DNA from: a virus
Lineage: Duplodnaviria; Caudoviricetes
Direction: 5' to 3' (one strand)
IMG/VR virus record: IMGVR_UViG_3300040971_000365
Span: 1-49,988 of that record
Length of the DNA: 49,988 nt
The translations under genes were made by a program, and so were the position numbers. Below, piece after piece: positions 36,795-46,140 of this stretch. The notes beneath the pieces were generated by a model that made no database searches, was not told where the DNA came from, and saw only the letters and a program-made list of their open reading frames with translations. The first letter of the stretch is position 1; each line of letters opens with the position of its first letter.

Positions 36795-37989
36795 CCGTCT
36801 GGCCGGTGAAGTCCTCCCACCGGCGCACGATCACATCCACGTACTTCGGATCGAGTTCGATCAGCCGCGCGACGCGACCTGACTTCTCCGCTGCGATCAG
36901 CGTCGTGCCAGAACCGCCGAACGGATCGAGCACCACGTTACCCGGGCGGCTCGAATTGCGGATCGCCCGCTCCACCAGCTCCACTGGCTTCATCGTCGGG
37001 TGCAAGTCGTTCTTCTGCGGCTTCTTGATCGCCCACACATCGCCCTGATCACGGTCACCACACCAGTGACGTTGCGCACCCTCGGGCCATCCGTACAGGA
37101 TTGGTTCGTACTGGCGCTGGTAGTCGGCGCGGCCGAGCGTGAAAGTGTTCTTGGCCCAGATGATGAACGTCGACCACTTGCCACCAGCGGCGCGGAAGGC
37201 GGCCTGCAGAACGTCCAGTTCGCTGGATGACATCGCTACGTAAATACCGCCCCGGCAATGTGTGACGGTGGGCGTCAGTGCTGCCAGAAGAAAGTCGTAG
37301 AAGCCATCGCCCAAGTTGTCGTTGAGGATCGCGCGATCCTTTCCGCGCATCTTGTCCTTGGCGCTGTTGGCGTAGTTCACGTTGTACGGCGGGTCGGTGA
37401 AGACCATGTCTGCCAAGTCGCCTTGCATCAGCCGGGTATAGCTCTTTGCCACGGTCGAGTCGCCGCACAGCAGCCGGTGCTGACCCATGATCCAGATATC
37501 ACCCGGACGCGAGATCGGTGTCTCGCCAACATCCGGTACAGCATCCTCATCGGTCTGGCCTTCGTTGTTCGGCTCGTCGCCCGCGATCAGTTCGGCCAGG
37601 GCGTCGGCGTCAAAGCCGGTGATGTCGAGGTCGAAACCGTCCAGCTGCAGCGCCTCCAACTCGATCCGCAACATCGCATCATCCCAGCCTGCGTTCTCGG
37701 CGATGCGGTTGTCCGCGATGACCAAGGCGCGGCGCTGAGTTGGGCTCAGGTGATCGAGTACGACCACGGGCACGATCTCCAGCCCGAGCTTCTGCGCAGC
37801 CGCCAAGCGTCCATGCCCGGCGACGATGATGCCGTCACTGCCTGCAAGGATCGGATTGGTGAAGCCAAACTCGGCAATCGATGCGGCGATCTGCGCCACC
37901 TGATCATCCGAGTGCGTCCGCGCATTGCGTGCATAGGGCAGCAGTTTGGCGGTTGGCCACTGTTCGATCTTGTCTGCCAACCAGTTCAT
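36754..37989 (-). CDS. ParB-domain-fused beta-class DNA methyltransferase (DPPY, probably m6A)
   Basis: ParB-like PYARNARTH...AGHGRL...ADNR, then FTDPPYN, HPTMKP and LDPFGGSG. Confidence 0.9.
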   Translation of the reverse strand: MNWLADKIEQWPTAKLLPYARNARTHSDDQVAQIAASIAEFGFTNPILAGSDGIIVAGHGRLAAAQKLGLEIVPVVVLDHLSPTQRRALVIADNRIAENAGWDDAMLRIELEALQLDGFDLDITGFDADALAELIAGDEPNNEGQTDEDAVPDVGETPISRPGDIWIMGQHRLLCGDSTVAKSYTRLMQGDLADMVFTDPPYNVNYANSAKDKMRGKDRAILNDNLGDGFYDFLLAALTPTVTHCRGGIYVAMSSSELDVLQAAFRAAGGKWSTFIIWAKNTFTLGRADYQRQYEPILYGWPEGAQRHWCGDRDQGDVWAIKKPQKNDLHPTMKPVELVERAIRNSSRPGNVVLDPFGGSGTTLIAAEKSGRVARLIELDPKYVDVIVRRWEDFTGQTAIREAADQEVCAS

Positions 37990-39410
37990 GCCAGCACCTC
38001 ATCATCAACGGTTGTGGCGCGCTCGGCGGCAACCTGTTCGAACGATTGACCTGTTGCCAGCAGCGTGACCGGCACGCCAGGGTGGTTCTGCTGAAAGCGC
38101 TTGATGGCCACGTCCACGTACTCCGGCGCGATCTCCATGCTGCGGCAGAGGCGGCCAGTGCGCTGCGCGGCCAGCATCGTGGTACCGCTTCCACCGAAGG
38201 GCTCGAACACAATGTCTCCGGCTTCGGTGTAAGCCTCGATGGCAAACTCCGGCAACGCCACCGGGAACACAGCCGGGTGATCGATGTCCTGCCCGATCTT
38301 GCCCTTGTGGCGCATCACGCGGATCACCGAGTCGGGGATGCGAGTGTCCTGCGTCGGCTGACCCTTGTGTGTCCAGCCGCCGACCTCGCCATCCTTACCG
38401 CGCATCGCCGTGGACGACCCGTCAGCGCGCAGGTGTGATTCCTGGCCTGCGTGCTTGCAAGGCACGATCTTGTTGGGTTTGCGGGTGCTGCGATTGAAGT
38501 GGAAAACAAACTCGAAGCTGGGAGCCAGTCGGCCCTGCCAGTCGCCTGGCATGCCTGGCCCCTGATCCCAGACGTACCAGGCAAAGCGCCGCCAGCCCTG
38601 TGACCGCATCCAGGACAGCCAGCCGTCCCAATAGGGGATGACTTCGTTGTCGCGGTGGATCAGCCCGAGGTTGATCAGCACCTGTCCGTTGCCCGCCATC
38701 GGCAGATGCGCGAACACACCGCGCATCAGTGCGTCCCAATCGGCGATGCCGCCGGAGGTGTAGTCGCGTTGATTGCCGTAAGGCGGCGAGGTGAAGCACA
38801 GCTGCGCGGTGTCACCCTGCATCAGCGTGGCGACAACGGCCGGTTCGGTGGCGTCGCCACAGATCAATCGGTGCGAGCCGATGGCCCAGAGATCGCCTTC
38901 GCGCGACACTGCGACCACTGGCGCAGCAGGCACATCGTCTGCTGAATCGGGTTCGTTGGCGTCTGCTTCATCCTGCACCACCGGTTCTGCTTCAGCGGAC
39001 GTGGCATCAGCCAGCAGTGCGTCGATCTCGATGTTCTCGAAGCCGGTCAGCGACAGCTCGTAACCTGCTTCGGAAAGCTCCGCCAGTTCGAGCGCCAACA
39101 TCTCCTCATCCCAGCCAGCGTCAAGCGCCAGTCGGTTGTCGGCGATGACCAGCGCACGTTTTTGCGCGGTGCTGAGGTGAGCCAGTTCGATCACCGGCAC
39201 TTGATCCAGCCCGAGCTTGCGAGCAGCAGCCAAACGACCGTGGCCCGCGATGATGCCGTTGTCGCCATCAACCAGAACCGGGTTTGTCCAGCCGTATTCG
39301 ACGATGCTGGCGGCGATCTTGGCGATCTGCGCATCGGAATGCGTGCGCGGATTGCGGGCGTAGGGAATCAGCGCCTCGACCTTGCGGTACTCGACGTTGA
39401 GCGTGTTCAA
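37986..39410 (-). CDS. ParB-domain-fused beta-class DNA methyltransferase (SPPY, m4C or m6A)
   Basis: Same ParB N-terminus, then FTSPPY, HPAVFP and EPFGGSG. TTG start. Confidence 0.88.
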   Translation of the reverse strand: MNTLNVEYRKVEALIPYARNPRTHSDAQIAKIAASIVEYGWTNPVLVDGDNGIIAGHGRLAAARKLGLDQVPVIELAHLSTAQKRALVIADNRLALDAGWDEEMLALELAELSEAGYELSLTGFENIEIDALLADATSAEAEPVVQDEADANEPDSADDVPAAPVVAVSREGDLWAIGSHRLICGDATEPAVVATLMQGDTAQLCFTSPPYGNQRDYTSGGIADWDALMRGVFAHLPMAGNGQVLINLGLIHRDNEVIPYWDGWLSWMRSQGWRRFAWYVWDQGPGMPGDWQGRLAPSFEFVFHFNRSTRKPNKIVPCKHAGQESHLRADGSSTAMRGKDGEVGGWTHKGQPTQDTRIPDSVIRVMRHKGKIGQDIDHPAVFPVALPEFAIEAYTEAGDIVFEPFGGSGTTMLAAQRTGRLCRSMEIAPEYVDVAIKRFQQNHPGVPVTLLATGQSFEQVAAERATTVDDEVLA

Positions 39411-39430
39411 AGATGATGTCCTGAAAATAG

Positions 39431-39462
39431 AAAACCCGCCGACGAAGCCGTGGGCGGGTTTT
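39431..39462 (-). terminator. Hairpin upstream of the first ParB-methyltransferase
   Basis: AAAACCCGCC-N12-GGCGGGTTTT. Confidence 0.5.
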
Positions 39463-39469
39463 GGGGTTA

Positions 39470-39581
39470 GTGCGAACTGGCGGGTGCGAACTGCGAACCG
39501 TGCGAACCTTGGTTCGCACCCTGACGCTAAAAAAGCGCCGCGCTCGCGCCCCCCGCATTGGTTTTTGGCCAGGAAGGACCC
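39470..39581 (-). other. Putative cos packaging site (cosQ, cosN and cosB-like repeats)
   Basis: The minus strand reads GGGTCCT (identical to lambda cosQ), about 16 bp, then ATGCG-GGGGGCGCGAG-CGCGG (compare lambda TTACG-GGGCGGCGACCT-CGCGG). TGCGAAC repeats follow. Confidence 0.7.
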
Positions 39582-39736
39582 GTTGATTTCCGGGCTGCTT
39601 CCTCTGCCGTCACCTCTGTCCAGACGATAGATGAATACTACGCAAGATCAGGTCGTTTTGTTGCAGGGGCAAAAACCGCTGATTGCCGCGTGATGGCGCA
39701 CATCCCCGACCATACGCGCCAAATCACGCCAAAACC

Positions 39737-40123
39737 CTACGCGACCACCACACCATTGAGTTGATCTGCGACCGTCTGCAATGCCCGCTGCCAATGCCGC
39801 CATGCCGTTGTGCGGTCGCATGCAAAGCGGATCGTGATGTCACGCCAGCCATAGCGCTTCGCGCGCATCCATACGAGATGCCGTTGCTCAACTGTGAGCC
39901 ACTGCACCCAGCGCATGACTTCCAGCATTCGTTCAATCGCGTCTGGACTCGGCGGAAAGGATCGATAAACCCTCTCGTCAGCAGCAAAGGTCTCCCACTC
40001 GTTTCGGACAATGGCGGGCCAGCAGTTGAAGTAACCCTGCACTCGAACAGGAGGCAACCGTCGACTGGTGCTTGCTGCCTCTTCAAACCGAGCAGCAACG
40101 TCCTCGATAGTCCACTTAGTCAT
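39737..40123 (-). CDS. DUF6362-like HTH protein, putative late-gene regulator (Q position)
   Basis: C-terminal sigma-4-like HTH (LVWMRA....W..I......RTTAWR.W..AL). Last gene before cos. Confidence 0.65.
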   Translation of the reverse strand: MTKWTIEDVAARFEEAASTSRRLPPVRVQGYFNCWPAIVRNEWETFAADERVYRSFPPSPDAIERMLEVMRWVQWLTVEQRHLVWMRAKRYGWRDITIRFACDRTTAWRHWQRALQTVADQLNGVVVA

Positions 40124-40319
40124 TGCGTCGCCCTCCGTAGAGCCGGTCACCGATGCGTCGCACGATCTCGCGTTCGATGAAGTCCAGACGTTCGTCGGAT
40201 GCGTTGACCACCAGGATGTGTTGGTCACGCCAGCCCCGTTCCTTGATCGAGTCCAGATCCGTGGCCTGCGGCTGCAGACGACCCAGGGGGCAGCGGTATT
40301 GGGGAGTCGGCACCTTCAT
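40116..40319 (-). CDS. Hypothetical protein
   Basis: RBS GGAGG. Coupled to its neighbours. Confidence 0.6.
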   Translation of the reverse strand: MKVPTPQYRCPLGRLQPQATDLDSIKERGWRDQHILVVNASDERLDFIEREIVRRIGDRLYGGRRND

Positions 40320-40320
40320 G

Positions 40321-40785
40321 TCACACCTCCTGTGTCTCGACAGCCCAGTGAAGCAAGGCCAGGGCGTCGGCTTCGTTGTCGTCGACTGGGGTGTGACCAC
40401 GCAGGCGGACAGACGCGATCATGTCGTCCTTGCCCGCATTGCCCTTGCCGGTCGCGTGCTTTTTGATCGTGCCGACCGGAACGCCTTGGTACGGAATGTT
40501 GTGATGCTCACACCATGCGGTCAGGTGTCCCATGAAGCCACCGTAGGCGTGCGCCGCATCAACGCCAGCGTGCCGTCGAACTTCCTCGAAGAACACCGCG
40601 TTGATGTGGTTGCTGGCCGAGAGCAGTTCATTGAGCCAGCGCTTGAAACGGAGGAAACGCATGCCGCCTCCCTCAAATCGCTGCGGCTTGAAGTGCTCCG
40701 TGCCGCTGGTGATCGTGCCGTCCAGGTGCAGCAATGCCCACCCAGTGTGTGTGCCCAGATCAAGGGCCAAGATCGTCGTGTTCAT
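40321..40785 (-). CDS. RuvC-like Holliday junction resolvase
   Basis: ILALDLG..TGWA, FEEV, IKKHATGKGNAGK, DNEADAL. Confidence 0.8.
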   Translation of the reverse strand: MNTTILALDLGTHTGWALLHLDGTITSGTEHFKPQRFEGGGMRFLRFKRWLNELLSASNHINAVFFEEVRRHAGVDAAHAYGGFMGHLTAWCEHHNIPYQGVPVGTIKKHATGKGNAGKDDMIASVRLRGHTPVDDNEADALALLHWAVETQEV

Positions 40786-40809
40786 CGTCGTGCTCCAGTT
40801 CAAGGGCCA

Positions 40810-40897
40810 GTGACGGATGCGACGGGTTCTTTGAAGAACATCCCTTACGTGCGCGCACGCGTAGCGCGTCAATCAGGAAACCCGTCAAATCCGTCAC
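40810..40897. repeat. Long inverted repeat downstream of the primase (candidate replication origin)
   Basis: GTGACGGATGCGACGGGTT (40810-40828) and AACCCGTCAAATCCGTCAC (40879-40897) are 17/19 complementary. Confidence 0.6.
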
Positions 40898-40910
40898 TCG
40901 CCCGGATCGC

Positions 40911-43202
40911 TCAGTCATCTCGGTAGGGGTAGCCGTGGCTGTACGGCTTGGGCCTGAGGGCAATGCCCGTGATGCCACGTGCGCCCCCGGTCAGCCGACA
41001 CTTCTCGAACTTGCGGGCCGCCATCAGCTCGGAGAAGCGCTTGACCGAGCCCACGTATTCACCTGCGCGCTCTGCCCATTCGCGCCAGTCGGCGAACAGC
41101 TCGGACACGCCTTCGCGGTGAGTCTTGCCCAGCAGGCAGCGCTCTTCGATCCACTGCCCGAGCGCGTCCTCGGCTTCGAAATACTCCTCGGTCGCCGACA
41201 CCACGCTGGCGGGCGGCTTCAGGCCCTGGCGTTGCCAAAGGCTGCAGCCCTCGACCGCCCACGCCAGAATCCCGTCTCGCTCCTTGAGTAGTTTTTCGGT
41301 CAGCCTGCCGTCCCGCCGTTCGGGCGGGATCGTCACCGTGAACGGGATCAGGTGCAGTCGCCGCTTCATCGCCTCATCCACGTTGCGGATCGATGGCTTG
41401 TGGTTGCCTGCGATCACCAACTTGAACTGCGGCACGTACTCGAAGAAGTCCTGGCGCATGAAACGCGCGGACACCTTGTCGCCACCGGTGATGGCCTTGA
41501 CCTTGGATTCGTTCCAGCGCCGACCCTGTTCGGTTTCGATGGATGACACGAAGCGTGCGCCGCGCAGGCCTGCCAGATCGGTCGGATGCCGGTCGGTGCG
41601 CGCCTCCATGAAGGTGTCCATCGGAGCGTTGGCCGCGTAGTCGCCCAAGATGGTGGTCAGGACGTTGACGAACACCGACTTGCCGTTCGCGCCCGTCCCG
41701 TACAGAAAGAACAGCGCGTGCTCACTGGTCACGCCCGTCAGGCAGTAGCCGACCATCAGTTGCAGGTAGGCCATCAGCTCGGCGTCGCCACCTGTGACGT
41801 CGGCCAGGAACGCGCGCCACGTCGGACTGTCGCCCTGCGGTGTGGCCGTGGTCACCTTGGTCATCCGATCATCGCGTCGGTGCGGTCGCATGCGGCCCGT
41901 GCGCAGATCAACCACGCCGCCTGGTGTGTTGAGCGCCCAGACGTCGGCATCCCACTCCTCGGCGGTGGACGCGTGCTTGGGATCGGAGCGTGCGATTTTC
42001 TCGACGGACGAGATCGTGGCGGAGCTGGCCAGCTTGCCTTTGAGCCGAGGGCTGTCCGCTTTGAGCGACGCCATCCTGCAGATGCCTCGCGCCAGGTGAG
42101 ATACATAGAGGATCTGATCGGGATTCCAGCGCACCCCAGTCCAGACCAGCCACTTGCCCCACAGCGCGCAGTAGCGCCAGTCCTCGCCGTAGCGACGGGT
42201 GAAGGCCGAGGACAGGCCATCCTCCGTAGTCCAGTCGACACCGGTCAGCAGATCCGGTGGTGGCGTCTCCTCGACCGATCGCATCACCGGCATCCGTTCA
42301 CCGACGGCGAGGAATCCACCGACATCGAAGCCTTCCGGGATGGCATCGGCCGCATCCCAGCCATCCGGCTTGTCATCGGGTGGCACCAGGATAGCGACCG
42401 TGGTCGCGCCCGCGTTCAGGATTGCTTGCGATGCACGGTCAGCGTAATCCCAGCCCGGCGCGTCCCGGTCAGGCCAGATCAGCACGGATTTGCCCGCCAG
42501 CGGTGACCAGTCGGTCTTGTCGACGGGCGCATTCGCGCCATGCATGGCCGTGGTCGCAGCCACGCCGATGGCAATCAAGGCCTGCGCGCACTTCTCGCCC
42601 TCGACCAACACAACGTGACCAGCAGCAGCCAGCCCCGGCTGGTTGTACAGCGGGCGCGGATCGGGCGGAGTCATCTTGCGCCGCTTGGCATCCCACGGCC
42701 GGAACTCCTTCTTGCGCCCGGGTGGGTCGTAGCGGTACACGACCGCAATCAGTTTGCCGGTGGCATCGAAGTAGTCCCACTTGGCCGTGGCAGGGCCGAG
42801 ATCATCAACCGGCGCCTCTTTCTTGGCGTGGCGTATCGGCACTGATCGCGAACGACCGAGCAGATCAGCAGCCTCGTTGAGCACCCGAGGAAAGTCGGTG
42901 TGGACGTTGGCCCCGAGGTAGGCGGCGATCAATGCAAAGATGTCACCGCCGTCACCCGTGGCACGATCTGTCCAGAGACCAGCCTTCTCGCCCTCGAGTA
43001 CCACCTCGAGGCTGTCGCCTGGGCTGCCCAGGATGTCCCCGATCAAAAACTTGCCCCGACGCTTCTTTCCCGCCGGAAACATTGTGGTCAGGACTGATTC
43101 CATGCGTGCGATCAGTTCAGTGCGAATTTCGTCCCGCTCGCTGTCATTGACGTTGCGCCGGCCCGTTTCTCCCGGTGGTGATGTGTCATTGAAATCAAGC
43201 AT
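40911..43202 (-). CDS. P4-family primase-helicase (TOPRIM plus D5/SF3)
   Basis: TOPRIM VEGEK...WPDRD, Walker A YGTGANGKS, KAITGGD and NHKP. Confidence 0.92.
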   Translation of the reverse strand: MLDFNDTSPPGETGRRNVNDSERDEIRTELIARMESVLTTMFPAGKKRRGKFLIGDILGSPGDSLEVVLEGEKAGLWTDRATGDGGDIFALIAAYLGANVHTDFPRVLNEAADLLGRSRSVPIRHAKKEAPVDDLGPATAKWDYFDATGKLIAVVYRYDPPGRKKEFRPWDAKRRKMTPPDPRPLYNQPGLAAAGHVVLVEGEKCAQALIAIGVAATTAMHGANAPVDKTDWSPLAGKSVLIWPDRDAPGWDYADRASQAILNAGATTVAILVPPDDKPDGWDAADAIPEGFDVGGFLAVGERMPVMRSVEETPPPDLLTGVDWTTEDGLSSAFTRRYGEDWRYCALWGKWLVWTGVRWNPDQILYVSHLARGICRMASLKADSPRLKGKLASSATISSVEKIARSDPKHASTAEEWDADVWALNTPGGVVDLRTGRMRPHRRDDRMTKVTTATPQGDSPTWRAFLADVTGGDAELMAYLQLMVGYCLTGVTSEHALFFLYGTGANGKSVFVNVLTTILGDYAANAPMDTFMEARTDRHPTDLAGLRGARFVSSIETEQGRRWNESKVKAITGGDKVSARFMRQDFFEYVPQFKLVIAGNHKPSIRNVDEAMKRRLHLIPFTVTIPPERRDGRLTEKLLKERDGILAWAVEGCSLWQRQGLKPPASVVSATEEYFEAEDALGQWIEERCLLGKTHREGVSELFADWREWAERAGEYVGSVKRFSELMAARKFEKCRLTGGARGITGIALRPKPYSHGYPYRDD

Positions 43203-43422
43203 CGGCAGCACCCTCGTGTGTTGTCTGCTGTGCAGAGATCCAGGCTTCCAGCTCGTTGGGTTTGAAGCGAACCAGTTTGCCGACGCGGTAATGCGGAATG
43301 CGACGTTCCTGTCGTTCCTTGGCTTGTGAGAGCCAATACGACGGTAGGTTGAACATCAGTGCAGCCTGGCGTACGTCGATCAGCTGCTCGCCAAGTACGT
43401 GATTCAAATTCGAGGTATTCAT
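43195..43422 (-). CDS. Excisionase-like HTH DNA-binding protein
   Basis: LIDVRQAA...IPHYRVGKLVRFK..ELEAW. Confidence 0.7.
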   Translation of the reverse strand: MNTSNLNHVLGEQLIDVRQAALMFNLPSYWLSQAKERQERRIPHYRVGKLVRFKPNELEAWISAQQTTHEGAADA

Positions 43423-44156
43423 GCTTGTGTCCTCCAGCAGCGGTCTTGCCACGCGCACATCCGGCATTCGAAATGGGTCGGGTCATTGAAGGCGCGCGGC
43501 AGGAGATCCCCTGCCTCGGTGGCCGTAATGACCTTCACCGCCCGATCCGACATGCGTTGGGCCAGGGCTGCGTCAAAGGGCACGGCCTCGGTGTAGATCT
43601 CCATCGTGTCGGCGTTGAGTGCCGTGAAGATCGCCGGGTGCTCGTGCAGTTCGAGATAGGCTTGGTAGATCGCCACTTGCGCGGCGTAGACCGGCTTGGC
43701 GACAGCGAGGCGGTTTTTCTCCAGCTCGCGCCATGACTTGTTGCCCAGACACTTGTTTTCCCAGAGCGCGGGATAAGCAAAACCATCCGGCCCGCCAACG
43801 ATGACGCCGTCGATGTGGCCCTGCAGGCGGCCGTCAACGACAGAGAAACCGAACTGCTCACCGTCGGCCTTGCGGGTGCGCAGGTCAAAGCCTGCATCCC
43901 GCAGCCACGCGACCATGCAGTCCTCCATGACATGGCCACGCTCGAAGATGCGCAGCATCCGGCCCGGGACATCACGCCCGTAGTCAATGGGCGCCTTGGC
44001 ATACTCGAACTGCAGCGCACGCTCGCAGGCCACGCCGAGACGCGATGCCCCGAGGTACTGGCGTTCGGACTGGCGGGCGCGGGCCTGCTGCATCCCGGCG
44101 TCGACCAAGACGGTGACCTGACCGGAGATGCTTGATGTGGAGTTGAAGTCGATCAT
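43419..44156 (-). CDS. Cas4/RecB-like PD-(D/E)xK exonuclease
   Basis: YLGASRLG..C, GHIDG, WENK, Q..IYQ, and a C-terminal C..C....C. Confidence 0.8.
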   Translation of the reverse strand: MIDFNSTSSISGQVTVLVDAGMQQARARQSERQYLGASRLGVACERALQFEYAKAPIDYGRDVPGRMLRIFERGHVMEDCMVAWLRDAGFDLRTRKADGEQFGFSVVDGRLQGHIDGVIVGGPDGFAYPALWENKCLGNKSWRELEKNRLAVAKPVYAAQVAIYQAYLELHEHPAIFTALNADTMEIYTEAVPFDAALAQRMSDRAVKVITATEAGDLLPRAFNDPTHFECRMCAWQDRCWRTQA

Positions 44157-44641
44157 GGCTTCCTCCCCTTTGGCTCTTCCCAGGGGAGGTCGTCCTCCAG
44201 ATCCGCGAACGGGTCGGCCAGAGGGTCGGGCGCAGGCGTCATGCCACGCACCGGCGGGTACTTGCTTGCCTCGTGGTGCGCGACCATTGCCTCGGTGTAG
44301 CAACTGACGATGGCGTCGATCACTTGCAGCGCCTCGGCTTCGGAGTAGTCGCCCAGCGGCTTGGTGAACCCGATCTCGCCCGCTGCCTCGCCGAAGGCCT
44401 TGAGGCACTTCTTCATCGCGGCCAGTTCGACATCAGACGGATCGATCATGACGACCTCCTTGCTGTCGACGCGACCTTCCTTGACCCGCAGCCAGTTGCC
44501 GTACAGCGCGTGAAACGCGTTTTGGCAGCGTTGCGAGCAGAACACCCAATCGATGGGGTAGCGCCGGGGATTGCCAACACCGTGACGGTTGTCGGTGTGG
44601 CCGAATCCCCGGGCCTGTCGTTTGCAGACCCAGCATTTCAT
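44153..44641 (-). CDS. Hypothetical zinc-binding protein (DUF6511-like)
   Basis: CWVC and FCSQRCQ. Confidence 0.65.
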   Translation of the reverse strand: MKCWVCKRQARGFGHTDNRHGVGNPRRYPIDWVFCSQRCQNAFHALYGNWLRVKEGRVDSKEVVMIDPSDVELAAMKKCLKAFGEAAGEIGFTKPLGDYSEAEALQVIDAIVSCYTEAMVAHHEASKYPPVRGMTPAPDPLADPFADLEDDLPWEEPKGRKP

Positions 44642-44650
44642 CGGCCTCCC

Positions 44651-45280
44651 TCACTGCGCCCAAGATGGCTTACCCGTCACGGGTGCGCGTTGCGGAGTCG
44701 GTGCCTGATACGCAGGCGCAGCGGCCTGTGTCGGACCGCCGGAATTTCCAGTTCCCGTAGCCTTGGACGGCACGCCCATCAGCTTTGCGTAGTCGGAGTG
44801 ATCGGGCTCGACCGCGATCTTGACCACGTTACGGTCTTGACCCTTGCTGTCTTTTTCGATGTCCACGCGGGCCAGAAACTCCAGGCCATCCAGTTCATGA
44901 AAGCCCTGGATGCGACGCGCAGCGGCCGCCTGCGGACTGTTGTCCTGGGGGTGGACGTTGCGGGCGCTGTTGAGCGCGGCGCGGATGAAGCTGCGCCCCA
45001 TCTGGCCCCAGGTTGGGCCCTTCTTGGAGTGCAGACCGATGTTCGACCACATCTTGCGCTTGGCGTGATCACCAGCCGTGACCACGAATTCGGCGGCGAG
45101 ATAGATGGAACCGGTCTCGAAAGACTCGGTGGCGTAGCCGCCGCCCCAGCCTTGTTCCGGGTCGTCATAGCCACCGGGCTTGATGGTCATGCGCACTGGC
45201 ACGACCGCGCCCTTGGGGATCAGGTCAAAACCGGACTGTTGGGGATCGGCATCTTGGAAATCAAAATAGTTGGACGACAT
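44651..45280 (-). CDS. Putative single-stranded DNA-binding protein
   Basis: Follows the AAA_24 ATPase. FDLIPKG N-terminus and a flexible tail ending KPSWAQ. Confidence 0.55.
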   Translation of the reverse strand: MSSNYFDFQDADPQQSGFDLIPKGAVVPVRMTIKPGGYDDPEQGWGGGYATESFETGSIYLAAEFVVTAGDHAKRKMWSNIGLHSKKGPTWGQMGRSFIRAALNSARNVHPQDNSPQAAAARRIQGFHELDGLEFLARVDIEKDSKGQDRNVVKIAVEPDHSDYAKLMGVPSKATGTGNSGGPTQAAAPAYQAPTPQRAPVTGKPSWAQ

Positions 45281-45285
45281 GGCGA

Positions 45286-46140
45286 TTACTCCTTGGATTC
45301 GGTGGTGTTTTCAGTAGTGGGGATGCCGCTGCTGACGGGCACTGGCGACTGGCCAGCACACTTGGCGATCAGCGCGCCGAGATGCGGCGGCTCCAGCAAG
45401 TCGAGGCGACCGCTGCGGTCTTTGGCCGGAAAGCCATAGGGATTGACGGTGTGCGTGACGAAGGCGCGGTAGGCGCTGCCGTCGTCAGCCTTGATCTCGG
45501 CCAGCGTCACGACCTCATCGACGATGCCGGGCAGTTCCAGACTGGTCTTGCTGCCTTCGATCTGCGGGACGAACACCTTGCGGTTGTAGTCATCGAGGCG
45601 TTCGTCGAGGATGGCCACGAACACCACGTTTTTGCCGCGTGCGTGCTGGAGGTGGGTCAAGGCGCTGACCATTTCCTGGCCGAGCAACCCATAGGCTGCG
45701 CGCAGATCGGGCTTGCCGGAGCGGTCGCTGGTGGCACCAGGCTGTGTCTTGCACCACGCAAAACACTGCCGTGACAACTGCGTGATCGAGTCCAGGAAGA
45801 AGGTCTGGTAACGGTCCAGCTGCGCCGGGTGGCCGAATTTCTCAATCACGTGGTCGTAGTGCGCCTGCGAAAAAGCGCTCTCCGGCGGCAGCGACTTGTC
45901 CGGGCCCGCGAGGAACACGAAAAAGTCGCGGCTTTCCGGCCACGATGCCGGGCGGATGGTGTCGCCCGGCCAGTCGGCCACGGCGAGATCACCCGCCTCA
46001 ATATCGAGGAACAAGGTGGTGGCAGGGTCGAGGTCTTTGAGCCGGGTGGTCTTGCCGATGCCGGATTTGCCCAGCATCAGCAACTTCACACCCTTGCGTT
46101 CGGCCAAGCGCTGCTGTGCGGAAATGATCGGGAGGGACAT
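45286..46140 (-). CDS. AAA_24 / Sak4-like ATPase
   Basis: GKSGIGKT, LFLDIEAG, FLDSIT, AKDRSG.L. Confidence 0.85.
   Translation of the reverse strand: MSLPIISAQQRLAERKGVKLLMLGKSGIGKTTRLKDLDPATTLFLDIEAGDLAVADWPGDTIRPASWPESRDFFVFLAGPDKSLPPESAFSQAHYDHVIEKFGHPAQLDRYQTFFLDSITQLSRQCFAWCKTQPGATSDRSGKPDLRAAYGLLGQEMVSALTHLQHARGKNVVFVAILDERLDDYNRKVFVPQIEGSKTSLELPGIVDEVVTLAEIKADDGSAYRAFVTHTVNPYGFPAKDRSGRLDLLEPPHLGALIAKCAGQSPVPVSSGIPTTENTTESKE

Noticed and set aside
43419-44156. Cas4-like nuclease as evidence of CRISPR-Cas
   Set aside because: It lies in the phage recombination/replication module with Sak4-like and SSB-like genes, and there is no array or other cas gene.
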